Shown here piece by piece: positions 36,441 through 46,680 of a stretch of DNA of 64,000 bases. The position numbers were made by a program, and so were the translations under genes. How positions within the stretch are numbered: the stretch's first letter is position 1; the number at the start of each line of letters is the position of its first letter. Source of the stretch: a virus; IMG/VR virus record IMGVR_UViG_3300036900_000256, positions 1-64,000 of that record; one strand, written 5' to 3'. Under the pieces are notes generated by a model that searched no databases, was not told where the DNA came from, and was given only the letters and a program-made list of their open reading frames with translations.

Positions 36441-39184
36441 CCGTCCAGGAGAGCCTGCAGAAGCTCGGCCAGTGGTCGCTGAAGCTCGACCCTGGCACCC
36501 CGCGCGACGTCCTGGGCCGTATCGGCTACTTCGGGCACATCGCCATCAGCACCGGCCGCACGGACCCGCGGGTCGCGAAGGACTCCCTGCTGCGCTCGGC
36601 CCGGTACGTCGGGGTGGTGCGCGGCATCTCCCTCACCGACGAGAACAGCGCGGCCGCGCCGACAATTTCCGGGCCTGGCATGGCGATGTGGCTCGGCGAC
36701 GAGGACAAGAAGGGGTCGGTGCTGGAGAACGCGACCCCGTTCGCCTCCGGGTCGTTCACCTCCGTCGTCCGCGCGCTGCTCCCCTCCTCGGGCTCGGTCA
36801 CCGAGGGCACCCTGTACTCGGTCGCAGGTGTTTATACCGGCACCCACCAGTTCCAGGACCCACGCACCGCGATCGACTACGTGTGCGAGACGTTCACCTC
36901 ATCGGACACCGACCCTGTCGGGTGGCGGGTCAACGGCGACGGCACGCTCGACGCGGGCAAGGCGTCCCAGCTGTTCACCACCAGCCCAAGGTGCGCGATC
37001 ATCCGGCGCGGCGCCGGGGTCGACCTGTCCATGCGGGCTCTGCGTGGCAAGGCGCAGCTCGCGAAGGACGTCGACGACTTCACCACGCGGGTGGTGCTGA
37101 TCGCGTCCGGCAACGGCGCCTCGGTGGCCACCGGTACGGCGGACATCGCGCCCGGCCTCAACACGTTCAAAGACGTGCACGGCAACACCGTGGTCATGAC
37201 CCGGTTGGTGTCCGAGTCCGCCACGGTGCAGGGCAACGCCGCGGCGCGCGCCCAACTCGCGCTCAATCAGTTCACCGCGGATCGCCGCTCCGTCCGGCTG
37301 ACCACCGACGAGGTCGACATCAAGGGCACTGCCGCCGTCGGCGACTACGTGTGGGTCCACAACGACGCCGTCGGCCTGGTCGACCCGGCCAACGAGGTCG
37401 TGTTCCGCGGCATGCGCCTACAGCCGGTTCAGTTGCGGCTGATCGAGATGACCTGGCCGATCGAGACCGGTATGTCGGTGGCCTACCGGGATCAGGCCGG
37501 GGTGTGGACCGATCTCACCGACTATGTGAAGTTCGAGTCCGGGCAGACCAGCCTCACCGTCGGCGGCTACCAGCGCACGCTCACCAGCGGCGGTGAGGCA
37601 GTCGGGTCGCGGCCGGTGGCGGACACCAGCATTCCGGCTGCGCCGACGTTCGTGACCCCGTTCCGGCAGGCCGTCTACCAGTCCGGCACGACCGGCACGA
37701 CGAAGGCCCAGGTCCAGGTCGAGTGGGTCAAGCCCGCTAACACCGACGGCACGCTGGTGCTGGACGGCGACCGCATCGAGATCCAGTACCGCACCGGGTC
37801 GACGCCGATCTTCCCCGCGACGCACTCCCAGATGTCTGCCTACACCCACGCGCAGCTCGCCGCGGGCACACACGACCAGCCGATCACCTACACACCCGGC
37901 CCGTGGCAGTCCACTTACACCAGCTTCGACGACACCAGCCAGCTGATCCAGGAGCTGACCCCAGGCATCCCCTACGACGTGCGGGTGCGGGCCTACGACT
38001 CGTCGAGCCCGCCGAACGTCGGCGACTGGTCAGCCACGACCACCGTGCAGACGGTCGGCGACACGATCGCACCCTCCACCCCGGCACCACCGACCGTGGC
38101 GGCGTCACGGATCGCGGTGCAGATCATCCACAACCTGGGGCGGTCCGACGGTGGCACGTTCAACCTCGAACCGGACCTGAACCACCTGGAGATCCACGCC
38201 CAGTACACGCCGTCGTATACCCCGGACGACACCACGCGCATCGGGAAGCTGCTCGCTACCAGCGGGATGATGCTCGGCGAGATCCCCGCCGTCGGCACGT
38301 TCCCGGTCGAGTTCACCGACCACGTCTACATCAAGGTCATCGCGGTCGACGACGCAGGCAACAAGTCCTCGCCGTCCACCGCAGCGGTGTCGACCATTCT
38401 GCTCATCGACGACGCCCACATTTCCGACCTGACCGTCACCAAGGTCACCGCAGGCACCATCAGCGCTGACTGGCTCGTCGCTGCCACGATCATGGCCGGA
38501 ACAGCGGGAGCCGGTCGCGTGCAATTGGTGCCGACTGGCCTTGAGGCTTACAGCCCAACAAATGTAAAAACTGTTGATATTAAGACAGACGGAACCATCT
38601 TGATCACCGGGAAGCTTCAGACCGGGGTTAGTTCTGTTGCAGATCGTGTCGTGGTAGACCCGGCATTGATCACTACCGGTGGCATTAGCGTTCCTGCGGT
38701 TGCATGGTATGACGACGGTGACCCCAATAACTACGTACGAGCTTCAACACTCAATACCAACTATATCCTTGGGGTTCGAAGCAAGACTGACGAGACCCTT
38801 CGCGGTGGTAATGTCTATTTCGACCTTCCCGCCGGAGGCGGCTCGGCTTATTTGGGATACACAACACCATCCACAGACTGGTACTACCAGATCGGTTCAG
38901 ACGGTGCCCACCACTTGAAGGGGATCTTCCGGAAGACTGAAACTTTGGGAGGGCTTGGCGCACTACATGTTGACCAGGTCGGAGCATCCGGTTCGAGCAT
39001 GAGTTATTCGTACGGCCCGACATACGCTTCGACACCTCTTCCATTCGTGGAGATTCAGGGAACCAGTGGAAGTCCTCCTACGGCCAGTTCTCACGCATTG
39101 ACTGCCAGGTCTGCTTCGGGATTCAGTATCCAATATCCTGCCGGAAACTGCGATGTTTTGGTGTGGGCGGTGCGCTATGGCTGA
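36437..39184 (+). CDS. Minor tail/baseplate hub protein with fibronectin-III-like domains
   Basis: 915 aa; LTPGIPYDVRVRAYD..N..DWS, DTIAPSTPAPP, VIAVDDAGNKS.PS. Confidence 0.8.
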   Translation: MTVQESLQKLGQWSLKLDPGTPRDVLGRIGYFGHIAISTGRTDPRVAKDSLLRSARYVGVVRGISLTDENSAAAPTISGPGMAMWLGDEDKKGSVLENATPFASGSFTSVVRALLPSSGSVTEGTLYSVAGVYTGTHQFQDPRTAIDYVCETFTSSDTDPVGWRVNGDGTLDAGKASQLFTTSPRCAIIRRGAGVDLSMRALRGKAQLAKDVDDFTTRVVLIASGNGASVATGTADIAPGLNTFKDVHGNTVVMTRLVSESATVQGNAAARAQLALNQFTADRRSVRLTTDEVDIKGTAAVGDYVWVHNDAVGLVDPANEVVFRGMRLQPVQLRLIEMTWPIETGMSVAYRDQAGVWTDLTDYVKFESGQTSLTVGGYQRTLTSGGEAVGSRPVADTSIPAAPTFVTPFRQAVYQSGTTGTTKAQVQVEWVKPANTDGTLVLDGDRIEIQYRTGSTPIFPATHSQMSAYTHAQLAAGTHDQPITYTPGPWQSTYTSFDDTSQLIQELTPGIPYDVRVRAYDSSSPPNVGDWSATTTVQTVGDTIAPSTPAPPTVAASRIAVQIIHNLGRSDGGTFNLEPDLNHLEIHAQYTPSYTPDDTTRIGKLLATSGMMLGEIPAVGTFPVEFTDHVYIKVIAVDDAGNKSSPSTAAVSTILLIDDAHISDLTVTKVTAGTISADWLVAATIMAGTAGAGRVQLVPTGLEAYSPTNVKTVDIKTDGTILITGKLQTGVSSVADRVVVDPALITTGGISVPAVAWYDDGDPNNYVRASTLNTNYILGVRSKTDETLRGGNVYFDLPAGGGSAYLGYTTPSTDWYYQIGSDGAHHLKGIFRKTETLGGLGALHVDQVGASGSSMSYSYGPTYASTPLPFVEIQGTSGSPPTASSHALTARSASGFSIQYPAGNCDVLVWAVRYG

Positions 39185-39755
39185 TCCTGTGACGCTGGTT
39201 CGCGTTACTCACGGAGAGGTGACAGAACAGGGGGACAACTGGAAAGTTGACCGATTCAAAACGATGTCTGATGGAAGCGTGGAGGAGGGATGCCACATCA
39301 TATCCAAGGAATGTTTGGAGTGGCGCGCAGCGGAATACGGGATTCCGCAGCAAGACCTCAATACCCTTCTGGATATCGTCCTGGCGGAGCCGTATATGAC
39401 AGATGAGGATTGGGCCACCGGCCCTAATCTGCACACAGCTTCGTCTGTCGCCGAGGCACGAGATGCACATTTGGCCAGGGTGATTGCAGTGAAGCTCCGG
39501 CTTCGAATCAGCACCCAGTCGAAGGATCCGAACAAGGTGTATGCCGTAATCAAGGCTAAGAAGCCTGGCGCCAAGGACGAGGTGATTACTTTTCTGGACA
39601 TTATTCGCGCGGGATCTCCTATAGAAGACGAGACCCTTGATGCGAAGCGGGAAATGGTCAAGAGTTCGCGAAGGTCAGTTAGGGAAGAAAACAACAAGGC
39701 CAAGCCTACTCGTCGTGAGCGTTTTCGCCGAGAAGTAGAGAAGCGCAAGGAGTAG
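39177..39755 (+). CDS. Hypothetical tail-region protein
   Basis: Overlaps previous stop; LEWRAAEYGI..D..TLLDIVLAEP; lower GC. Confidence 0.7.
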   Translation: MADPVTLVRVTHGEVTEQGDNWKVDRFKTMSDGSVEEGCHIISKECLEWRAAEYGIPQQDLNTLLDIVLAEPYMTDEDWATGPNLHTASSVAEARDAHLARVIAVKLRLRISTQSKDPNKVYAVIKAKKPGAKDEVITFLDIIRAGSPIEDETLDAKREMVKSSRRSVREENNKAKPTRRERFRREVEKRKE

Positions 39756-39760
39756 CCCTG

Positions 39761-40750
39761 ATGTCCAGCACGACTGCCCGCATCGGCCTGGTCAAGGAGG
39801 TCGGGAGCGAGAACTACAGCGTTGTCACGGTCGACAACAACCTCGACCTCGTCGACGCCGCCGCCGGGTTCCAGGCCTGCACCTCGTCTACCCGCCCGTC
39901 CGCCCCGTACAACGGCAAGGGCATCCGGGAAACTGACACCGGGTCGTACTACATCAGCAACGGGTCGGCGCCCGCGTCGGGCAGCTGGCGTCCCATTTGG
40001 GGCGTGGACGGCCCGGTGATCGTCGGCGCGGTCGGTGCGTCGGCACCCCTCCGTGGGGAAACCACCTCCACCATCAGCGGCAACCGGTTCATCGACACCC
40101 GCAAATCCGGTGAAGCCCAATCGGGTTGGATCGTTGACTTCGACGGCAAGATGCAGTGGGGTCCAGGCGGTTCAACGAACCCCGACACGAACCTTTATCG
40201 ATCGGCGGCGGACACCCTTCGTACCGACGACAACCTCTACGTCGGCGGTACGCTGACTGTAATCGGCGCAGTCACTGGTTCGGTCGCGCGCGGGGTCATC
40301 GGTGGTCGGCGGATCACCGGCGCCAACAACCTCGGGTCCGCGATCGGTGCTACCGAGACAATGCCGACGAACCTGAACTCCGGTGCAGTCGCCCTCGGTG
40401 CGAACCGGCGACTCCTGATTCATACCCGATTCAAGTGCCAGGGTTCCGTGTCCACCGACTCGTGGCAGATCCGTGTGAAGGAAGACCCCAGCGCCGCCGG
40501 TACGGGCGGAAACACAATCCGGCAGTTCGTCATCCAGACCATCGACTCCAGTCTCGGATTCACCTATGACGTGTGGGCCGACTACGAAACCAGTTCGGCT
40601 GTGACCCGGTACTTCAGCGTCACCTGCAACCGGGTAGCCGGTACCGGAACGTTGCAGTTCTCGGGCGGTGAAGTCACCAGCACCAACCTCGTCGGTGTCG
40701 TCGTCTACGACATGGGCGTCTCCGGTCTGCTGACCACCACAGCGAGCTGA
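39761..40750 (+). CDS. Tail fibre / receptor-binding protein
   Basis: N.D.VDAA..CTSSTRP.APY.G..I.ETDT, DTNLYRSAADTLRTDD. Confidence 0.75.
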   Translation: MSSTTARIGLVKEVGSENYSVVTVDNNLDLVDAAAGFQACTSSTRPSAPYNGKGIRETDTGSYYISNGSAPASGSWRPIWGVDGPVIVGAVGASAPLRGETTSTISGNRFIDTRKSGEAQSGWIVDFDGKMQWGPGGSTNPDTNLYRSAADTLRTDDNLYVGGTLTVIGAVTGSVARGVIGGRRITGANNLGSAIGATETMPTNLNSGAVALGANRRLLIHTRFKCQGSVSTDSWQIRVKEDPSAAGTGGNTIRQFVIQTIDSSLGFTYDVWADYETSSAVTRYFSVTCNRVAGTGTLQFSGGEVTSTNLVGVVVYDMGVSGLLTTTAS

Positions 40751-40775
40751 CCACCAACAACCACGGGAGTCCAGC

Positions 40776-41075
40776 ATGGAATACCACCAGAAACGGCAGC
40801 GCTACCAGGTCGTCACCTGGGACGGGACGAACCAGGCAGAGATCGAAGCATTCGTGACGTCACGCCTCCCGAACGACGACACCGCCGAATTCATCCTGGA
40901 CGACGACAACGTTCTCCTGGTCCGGGTGAACGGGATCCGCCGCTACCCGGTCCCGCTCGGCCAGTGCCTCGTGTTCGGCCCGTACTGGTCGTCGGATTCC
41001 ACAACGGGAACGCTCAATGTCATGTCGACCGCCGCATTCGCCGATCGCTTCGAAGAGGTCCCCGTCGGGACGTGA
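40776..41075 (+). CDS. Hypothetical protein
   Basis: GGGAG RBS; WDGTN..EI.AF..F..RFE motif. Confidence 0.65.
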   Translation: MEYHQKRQRYQVVTWDGTNQAEIEAFVTSRLPNDDTAEFILDDDNVLLVRVNGIRRYPVPLGQCLVFGPYWSSDSTTGTLNVMSTAAFADRFEEVPVGT

Positions 41076-41151
41076 CCCGGTCCGTGCGGAACTGGTAGCC
41101 GAGCGAGAAGGACACCCCATGACGACCCTCGACCCGAACCAGGAGGTGTGA

Positions 41152-41580
41152 GTGGATGGCCTGGCACCGATGCTCACACACGCCATTGGTTCCCAGGCGG
41201 CCGACCCCGCTGTGGTTGTGGGTACCCCGTGGTGGGTCGCCGCTCTCCTCATGGTCGCTCCGGTCGTCGGGACTGTGCTCGTCGCGAGAGCCCCTGTGTG
41301 GGTCGAGAAGGTCAAACAGCGCGGCAAGCAAGACCCACCCGCAACACCCCAGGCTGCCCCGTCCGTACCGGCGGCAGCCGACGCCCGCGCGGACGCCGCG
41401 TTCGACCTCGCCGAGAAAACCCTCCGCGACGCGTGGCGCGAACGGGACGCCGCGAACCGACGGGCCGAGCGCTTGCAGAACCAACTCGACGCCGAGCAAG
41501 AGCAAAACGGGGAGCAGGCCGTGACCATCGCGGAACTCCGGGCAGAGATCGCATCAATGAGGGGACGGCGCACGCGGTGA
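41152..41580 (+). CDS. Membrane-anchored coiled-coil protein (lysis region)
   Basis: AGGAGG RBS; one TM helix then coiled coil. Confidence 0.7.
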   Translation: MDGLAPMLTHAIGSQAADPAVVVGTPWWVAALLMVAPVVGTVLVARAPVWVEKVKQRGKQDPPATPQAAPSVPAAADARADAAFDLAEKTLRDAWRERDAANRRAERLQNQLDAEQEQNGEQAVTIAELRAEIASMRGRRTR

Positions 41581-42443
41581 CCCAGCCACCAGAAGACGAC
41601 ACACAGCCCCTCACCGACGCGCGGTCCGAGGTGCACCAGGCGATGAACGGCGGCGCCCCGGAGCAGGTGGCCGCGGCAGCCGCGACGGAGGGGCGCCGTT
41701 GGTTCAGCCGGTCGGTGCTGGCCGCGTGCCTGGTGTCGATAGTGGTGTCGGCGTGTTTCAGCCTGGCTGCGTTCATCATCGCGGGCCGGACAGGGAAGCT
41801 GGTCGACGAGCAGGCGGTAAAGGTGGCCACCGTGCAGAAGTTGGCCGAGGATGCCAAAGCTCAGGGCGACTTGGCGAACCAGATGTTGTCGCAGCGCGGT
41901 CAGGCGACGGTGCCGATCCCGAAACCCAACCCCGACGACAACTCCGAGGTGCTCGTCGCGTCCGCCACCGCACAGGTACTCGCGTCTCTCCCTGATACCC
42001 GGCCAACCGCTGTGCAGCTCGGCGAAGCGGTCGCTCTGTTTGTGGCGGCGCACCCGATCGAACCGGTCGGGCCGTCCCCGCAGCAGATCGCCGAAGGCCT
42101 TGCCGGGTACCTCGCGGTGAACCCGCCCCCGGCTGGGCCGACCGGGGCGACTGGGGTTCCGGGCAGGGACTGTGACCCCGTTGCCATACCGGAGTGCAGG
42201 GGTCCTCAGGGTGACAAGGGGGACCCGCCGACGGCGGCCGAGATCCGCGCCGCGTTGGACCGGTACATCCGCGCTCACCCCGACATGCTGTGCCCGAACG
42301 GCGGAACTTTCACCGCGTTGAAGGTGCAACTGGCCGACAAACGGGGCACTGCGGATACCTGGCAGTGCGTGGTGGCCGTGTCGACACCACCGTCCACAAC
42401 GGACCCAACACCTCCCGGCCTCCCGCTGCTACCCACCAAGTAG
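41577..42443 (+). CDS. Membrane-anchored protein with short collagen-like Gly-X-Y tracts
   Basis: TM helix; GPTGATGVPGRD and GPQGDKGDP; C-terminal CP.G...C; Pro-rich tail. Confidence 0.75.
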   Translation: MTQPPEDDTQPLTDARSEVHQAMNGGAPEQVAAAAATEGRRWFSRSVLAACLVSIVVSACFSLAAFIIAGRTGKLVDEQAVKVATVQKLAEDAKAQGDLANQMLSQRGQATVPIPKPNPDDNSEVLVASATAQVLASLPDTRPTAVQLGEAVALFVAAHPIEPVGPSPQQIAEGLAGYLAVNPPPAGPTGATGVPGRDCDPVAIPECRGPQGDKGDPPTAAEIRAALDRYIRAHPDMLCPNGGTFTALKVQLADKRGTADTWQCVVAVSTPPSTTDPTPPGLPLLPTK

Positions 42444-42450
42444 GTGACTC

Positions 42451-43443
42451 ATGATCTTCGGTGTCGACGTCAGCAACCACCAAACGCACTTCGACTTCGC
42501 CGCAGCCGCGCGAGAGGGGTTCGACTTCGCGTTCGTCAAGTGCAGCCAGAACGACAACTTCCGAGACGGCCGGTTCGTCCAGCACGCCAACGCTGCCCGC
42601 GCGGCCGGACTCCTCGTGGCCGCCTACCACTACCAGGGCACCGCACCCGTCGCCCGCCAGCTGTCCACCATCAAGGCCATGGCCGGGACGGACATCCCGA
42701 TCATCCTCGACGTCGAGGACGGGTCCGGCGGGATCGACATCACCCGCGCCCTGGTAGCCGCACTGCGCGCCGAGGGCTACCAGGTGCCGCTCACGTACTT
42801 ACCGCGCTGGTACTGGTCGGGGCATCTCGGCTCACCGAACCTGTCCGGGCTGCCGCCGCTGTGGGTGTCCTGGTACCCGGACTACACGGTGCGGCGCAAG
42901 GAGTCCGGGATCGACACAGTGCCGAACTCCGTGTGGAACGGCTACGGCGGCCTCGACGTCGCCGTCGTGCAGTTCACCAGCTCGGGCGCGGTGGCGGACT
43001 ACCCCGGCGGCTCGATCGACCTCAACGCGTTCGCGGGCACCCGCGCGCAACTCGTAACCCTCCTGGAAGGAGAAGACGACGTGAACCTCAGCGACCCGCT
43101 ACCCACGTACGACGACAACAGCACCACCGTGGAGGAGACCCTCTTCGGCGCGCATTACCACGCCAAGCAGGCCGATCAGCGAGCCGCACGAATCGAGGTC
43201 CAACTCGCCGCGCTAGGCGGCGCACTGTCCGACGCCGAGACGCACATCCTCGCCGCGAACAGGGAATCCGACGAGAACAGCACGGCAGCCGTGCTCGCGG
43301 CCATCCGCGCCCAACCGACCGGCGGCCAGGTCGACGTCCCCGCGCTCGCCGCCGCACTCCGCGTCGGCCTCGGCGACGAGATCGCCGACGACCTGGCCGA
43401 CGAACTCGGCCAGCGATTGACCGGTACCCAGGAGGAAATCTGA
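42451..43443 (+). CDS. Endolysin, GH25 muramidase
   Basis: FGVDVSNHQ, FAFVK, AYHY, LDVED, QFTS, IDLN. Confidence 0.92.
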   Translation: MIFGVDVSNHQTHFDFAAAAREGFDFAFVKCSQNDNFRDGRFVQHANAARAAGLLVAAYHYQGTAPVARQLSTIKAMAGTDIPIILDVEDGSGGIDITRALVAALRAEGYQVPLTYLPRWYWSGHLGSPNLSGLPPLWVSWYPDYTVRRKESGIDTVPNSVWNGYGGLDVAVVQFTSSGAVADYPGGSIDLNAFAGTRAQLVTLLEGEDDVNLSDPLPTYDDNSTTVEETLFGAHYHAKQADQRAARIEVQLAALGGALSDAETHILAANRESDENSTAAVLAAIRAQPTGGQVDVPALAAALRVGLGDEIADDLADELGQRLTGTQEEI

Positions 43444-43814
43444 TGGGCAAGCTCTTCGGGCGTGAGCCCGCGTACTTCATGGCGTTGATCAGCTCGGCGA
43501 TCGCGCTGGCCACCGGCCTCGGACTGGACCTGTCGATCGACCAGCAAGGCGCGCTCAACGCGTTCGTCGCCGCGGTGTTCGCCGCGGTCACCGCGTGGAA
43601 GCTGGCCCGCAACGGGTCAGTCGCCGCGCTGGTCGGTGTCGGCAAGGCGGCGATCGCAATCGCCTTGGCCTTCGGCTTCCACCTGTCCCCGGAGTTGCAG
43701 TCCAGCACCATGCTGTTCGTTGAGCTGTTGCTGACCGGGCTCCTGGTCTGGCCGAACGTCACCGCGCCGATCAGGGAAGACGGCGTCGTGCTCGGATCCC
43801 GCCCGACCAACTGA
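43443..43814 (+). CDS. Holin
   Basis: LFGREPA start, multiple TM helices, VTAP end; follows lysin. Confidence 0.8.
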   Translation: MGKLFGREPAYFMALISSAIALATGLGLDLSIDQQGALNAFVAAVFAAVTAWKLARNGSVAALVGVGKAAIAIALAFGFHLSPELQSSTMLFVELLLTGLLVWPNVTAPIREDGVVLGSRPTN

Positions 43815-43912
43815 TCCCGCCCCCTAGACCTGCCGTGGCGTCGGCAGGGCCGGGCCCGGACCAGCGCCCTGGTCTGGGCCCGGCATCCACACCACCACCT
43901 GAGGAGATTTTG

Positions 43913-44518
43913 ATGGACATCGGTGTCGTCATCCCTACCCACCCGGCGCGGATCACCAACGGGATGACTGCGCGCGCGGTGCAGTCGGTGTGGGCGCAGA
44001 CGCTCCCGGCCGCCGAGGTGCACGTCACGGTCGACCTGATCGGCGGCGGCGCGTGGACGACGCGCGACCGCGGACTCCAGGCCGTCCGCGCGGAGTGGGT
44101 GGCGTTTCTCGACTCCGACGACGAGCTGATGCCGCACCACCTGGAGGTTCTGACGCGCGGTGCGCAGGAGTCCGGGGCGGACTACGTGTACAGCTACTAC
44201 CAGGTGCGCAACGCCTACGGGCAGGACATCGACTGTGACCCGCTCGGCCACTTCGGCAAGGTGTTCGACCCTTCCAACCCGTTGCAGACCACGATCGTCA
44301 CCCTGGTCCGGACCGAGCTGGCGCAAACGGTGGGGTTCCATGCCCCGCCGATGGACTCGAAGGTCGGCGGCCAGCGTTACGGTGAGGACTACGCCTTCAC
44401 CTTGGGGTGCGTCGCGGCCGGGGCGAAGATCGTGCACATCCCCGAGCGCACCTGGTTCTGGGTCCATCACGGCCGGAACTCCTCCGGGATGCCGGGCCAG
44501 GGCGACGCCGCGGCCTGA
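43913..44518 (+). CDS. Glycosyltransferase family 2
   Basis: VVIPTH, RAVQSV.AQT, R.RGL, WVAFLDSDD, GED. Confidence 0.9.
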   Translation: MDIGVVIPTHPARITNGMTARAVQSVWAQTLPAAEVHVTVDLIGGGAWTTRDRGLQAVRAEWVAFLDSDDELMPHHLEVLTRGAQESGADYVYSYYQVRNAYGQDIDCDPLGHFGKVFDPSNPLQTTIVTLVRTELAQTVGFHAPPMDSKVGGQRYGEDYAFTLGCVAAGAKIVHIPERTWFWVHHGRNSSGMPGQGDAAA

Positions 44519-44535
44519 CGATGCCCGGACATAGA

Positions 44536-44565
44536 CCGACCCCCGGCGATGAGACCAGGGGTCGG
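44536..44565. terminator. Hairpin between convergent genes
   Basis: CCGACCCC / GGGGTCGG. Confidence 0.5.
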
Positions 44566-44594
44566 CATGACCTATTTTCGCACTGCTGTTCGAC

Positions 44595-45095
44595 TCAGCC
44601 GATCGTGGCCAGCGCAGTCTCGTATTCCTTCGCCTGCTCCGGGGTCAGCAACCCGGACACCCTCACCAACACGGGCCCCTTGGTGTAGTCGTACTCCTGG
44701 GCCAGCAGACCGCCGAGGTTCTTCAACTTCGCCTGGATGTCGTCCGCGCGTGCCTGGGCAGCCGCTTCGTCGGCGAACACTTCCACCCCGCCGCCGCGCT
44801 CGGTCGCCGTCTCGCCCTCGGGCACCTGATCGGCGGGCACCCGCGTGTCGGCGAACGCGGTCTTCGACAGGTAGCCGTTGGGCCGACCGAGCAGATGATT
44901 CGGGTCGTCATCCGCGTTGAACGTCTTGGTGAACCGCATCGTGGAGACCTTCGCCCCCAGTGCCTTCGTGATGCTGTCGGCGGTCTTCGGCGGGTCTGCG
45001 GTTGTGCCGGATGACGACTGGCCGCTGCACCCGGTGAGGAGTGCGACTGCCAGGAGCAGGACACCGCCGAGGGCGGTCCGCAAGTAGTTACGCAT
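44595..45095 (-). CDS. Lipoprotein (possible exclusion/moron gene)
   Basis: Signal peptide with lipobox LTGC; DPNHLLGRPNGY.SK..F.D..GG.VEVF. Confidence 0.8.
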   Translation of the reverse strand: MRNYLRTALGGVLLLAVALLTGCSGQSSSGTTADPPKTADSITKALGAKVSTMRFTKTFNADDDPNHLLGRPNGYLSKTAFADTRVPADQVPEGETATERGGGVEVFADEAAAQARADDIQAKLKNLGGLLAQEYDYTKGPVLVRVSGLLTPEQAKEYETALATIG

Positions 45096-45125
45096 GGTGG
45101 GAATGTCGCATGGTTCCGCCGCTTG

Positions 45126-45371
45126 TTACCCCTGCGGCGTGTTGGGCACCTCGGGCATCACCCGGGCCAGCACGGTCAGTTTCGACGCCTCGACCCCATG
45201 TCCACACTGCATGCTCAACACCAGGGTCACCCACCACCCGCCCTCCGGGCAGGGTCGCCGCGGGTGCCTGTCTCCTTCGATGACGACCGTGTCAGGGCAT
45301 TTCAGCAGGTGGCAGTCGGGTTCATGCTCCCGCAGGAAGGCGAACGCATACGCGCGGGCTTCCTCAGACAT
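45126..45371 (-). CDS. Hypothetical protein
   Basis: GGAGGAG RBS; overlaps upstream gene. Confidence 0.55.
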   Translation of the reverse strand: MSEEARAYAFAFLREHEPDCHLLKCPDTVVIEGDRHPRRPCPEGGWWVTLVLSMQCGHGVEASKLTVLARVMPEVPNTPQG

Positions 45372-45663
45372 CGCGCTCCTCCGTGAAAGTAGGCCAGGTT
45401 CGGTTGCGGTTGTCCCTGTGCCACTCCCGGATCTGCTTCGCGATTCCCCCGGACACGAACACCACGTTGCGCACCCGGTGCGTCGGGATCTTCCCCGCGC
45501 GTGCCTGCTGGTGGAGCGCGGACATGGTGAGTCCAAGCTGATCAGCGAGGTCCCGGAGCGCTACGTCGGGCAGGTGTTCGTTCTGCATGGTCGTGGAGTA
45601 TTCCCCGGGGTACGCGCCACGCGGCGGAGCCGGTGGATCTTGTAGCGCGATTGGGGGTGGCAT
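45364..45663 (-). CDS. HTH_17/excisionase-like DNA-binding protein divergent from the transfer operon
   Basis: LRDLADQLGLTMSALHQQARAGKIPTHRVRNVVFV; TACGAT -10 box just upstream. Confidence 0.65.
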   Translation of the reverse strand: MPPPIALQDPPAPPRGAYPGEYSTTMQNEHLPDVALRDLADQLGLTMSALHQQARAGKIPTHRVRNVVFVSGGIAKQIREWHRDNRNRTWPTFTEERDV

Positions 45664-45751
45664 GGCAGTAATCGTAACCCATCTACTACACTCTCGTGTA
45701 GGATCAGGACCTTAGCGCATCGTGACCGTTTACTCACGAGGAGACACGCCC

Positions 45752-46168
45752 ATGACCAGCGGAACCAAGACCACCGACGCGCACCTCGTCACCGACATCG
45801 TCATGCTCGCCACCCACAACAACACCCAACACGTGCTACTCATCCAACGCGGATGGCCACTCCCCGGCGGGTACGTCGACCAAGGCGAGACGTTCGAACA
45901 GGCCGCACGCCGTGAACTCGCCGAGGAAACCGGGCTCGTCGCTGCCGACCTCACCCGGATCGGAATCTACGACGAGCCGGACCGCGACCCGCGCGGCCGT
46001 GTGGTCAGCGTCGCCTACGTCGCCCAACTCGACCACCTGCCTGCCGTGGTCGCCGGGGACGACGCCCGTGTGGCCCGCTGGGTCCCAGTCGCCCAGCTCC
46101 GCGGGCTCGACCTGGCGTTCGACCACGAACAGGTCCTGGTCGATGGGCTCCTCACCCCCCGCTCCTGA
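45752..46168 (+). CDS. Nudix hydrolase (pSAM2 Pif-like context)
   Basis: Nudix box GGYVDQGETFEQAARRELAEETG, RDPRGRVVSVAY, AGDDA, LAFDH. Confidence 0.92.
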   Translation: MTSGTKTTDAHLVTDIVMLATHNNTQHVLLIQRGWPLPGGYVDQGETFEQAARRELAEETGLVAADLTRIGIYDEPDRDPRGRVVSVAYVAQLDHLPAVVAGDDARVARWVPVAQLRGLDLAFDHEQVLVDGLLTPRS

Positions 46169-46368
46169 CCCGCAGACCACCACCAGCACCCGGAAGGACA
46201 CACCCATGGCAGAGCAGCAATCCTCGTCTCCCGCCCGGCGGGAGCGGGAGAGGAACGGCGGGTGGACCGACGCCGAACTGGCAGCCGAGGTCGCGGCCAA
46301 GGCCAGGCAGGCACGCGAACGCTGACCCGACCGCAGACGCACCCACCTACATCCGGAAGGACACCACG

Positions 46369-46599
46369 ATGAGCGCGACCAGAGTCGACACCCCCGCGAC
46401 GCTGCGCGCCGAGCTGGCCGGCGACGCGCTGATCGCCGCCTGGGTGCGGGCAGGTTGGACCGGCGAACGGATCGTCGCGACGTTGCGGATGGGTCGCTCC
46501 AAGGTGCTGCCGAAGGTCGCGCAGGTCCGTGAGGAGTTGGCCGCGATCGGGTGGCGGCCGCCCGTTCGGCTCGACGAGATCGGCCGCCGCACCCGCTAG
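46369..46599 (+). CDS. Small HTH-like protein
   Basis: GGAAGG RBS; GWTGERIVATLRMGRSKV. Confidence 0.55.
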   Translation: MSATRVDTPATLRAELAGDALIAAWVRAGWTGERIVATLRMGRSKVLPKVAQVREELAAIGWRPPVRLDEIGRRTR

Positions 46600-46680
46600 C
46601 CCCCGGTCGGGGCGGGAGGAATCCCGCGAAGAAGACCCCGCCCCGACCGGGCCCCAACCCAGCCATCACAAGGAGAAGCG

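Noticed and set aside
36437-40750. Diversity-generating retroelement acting on tail genes
   Set aside because: No reverse transcriptase and no template/variable repeat pair seen in the window.
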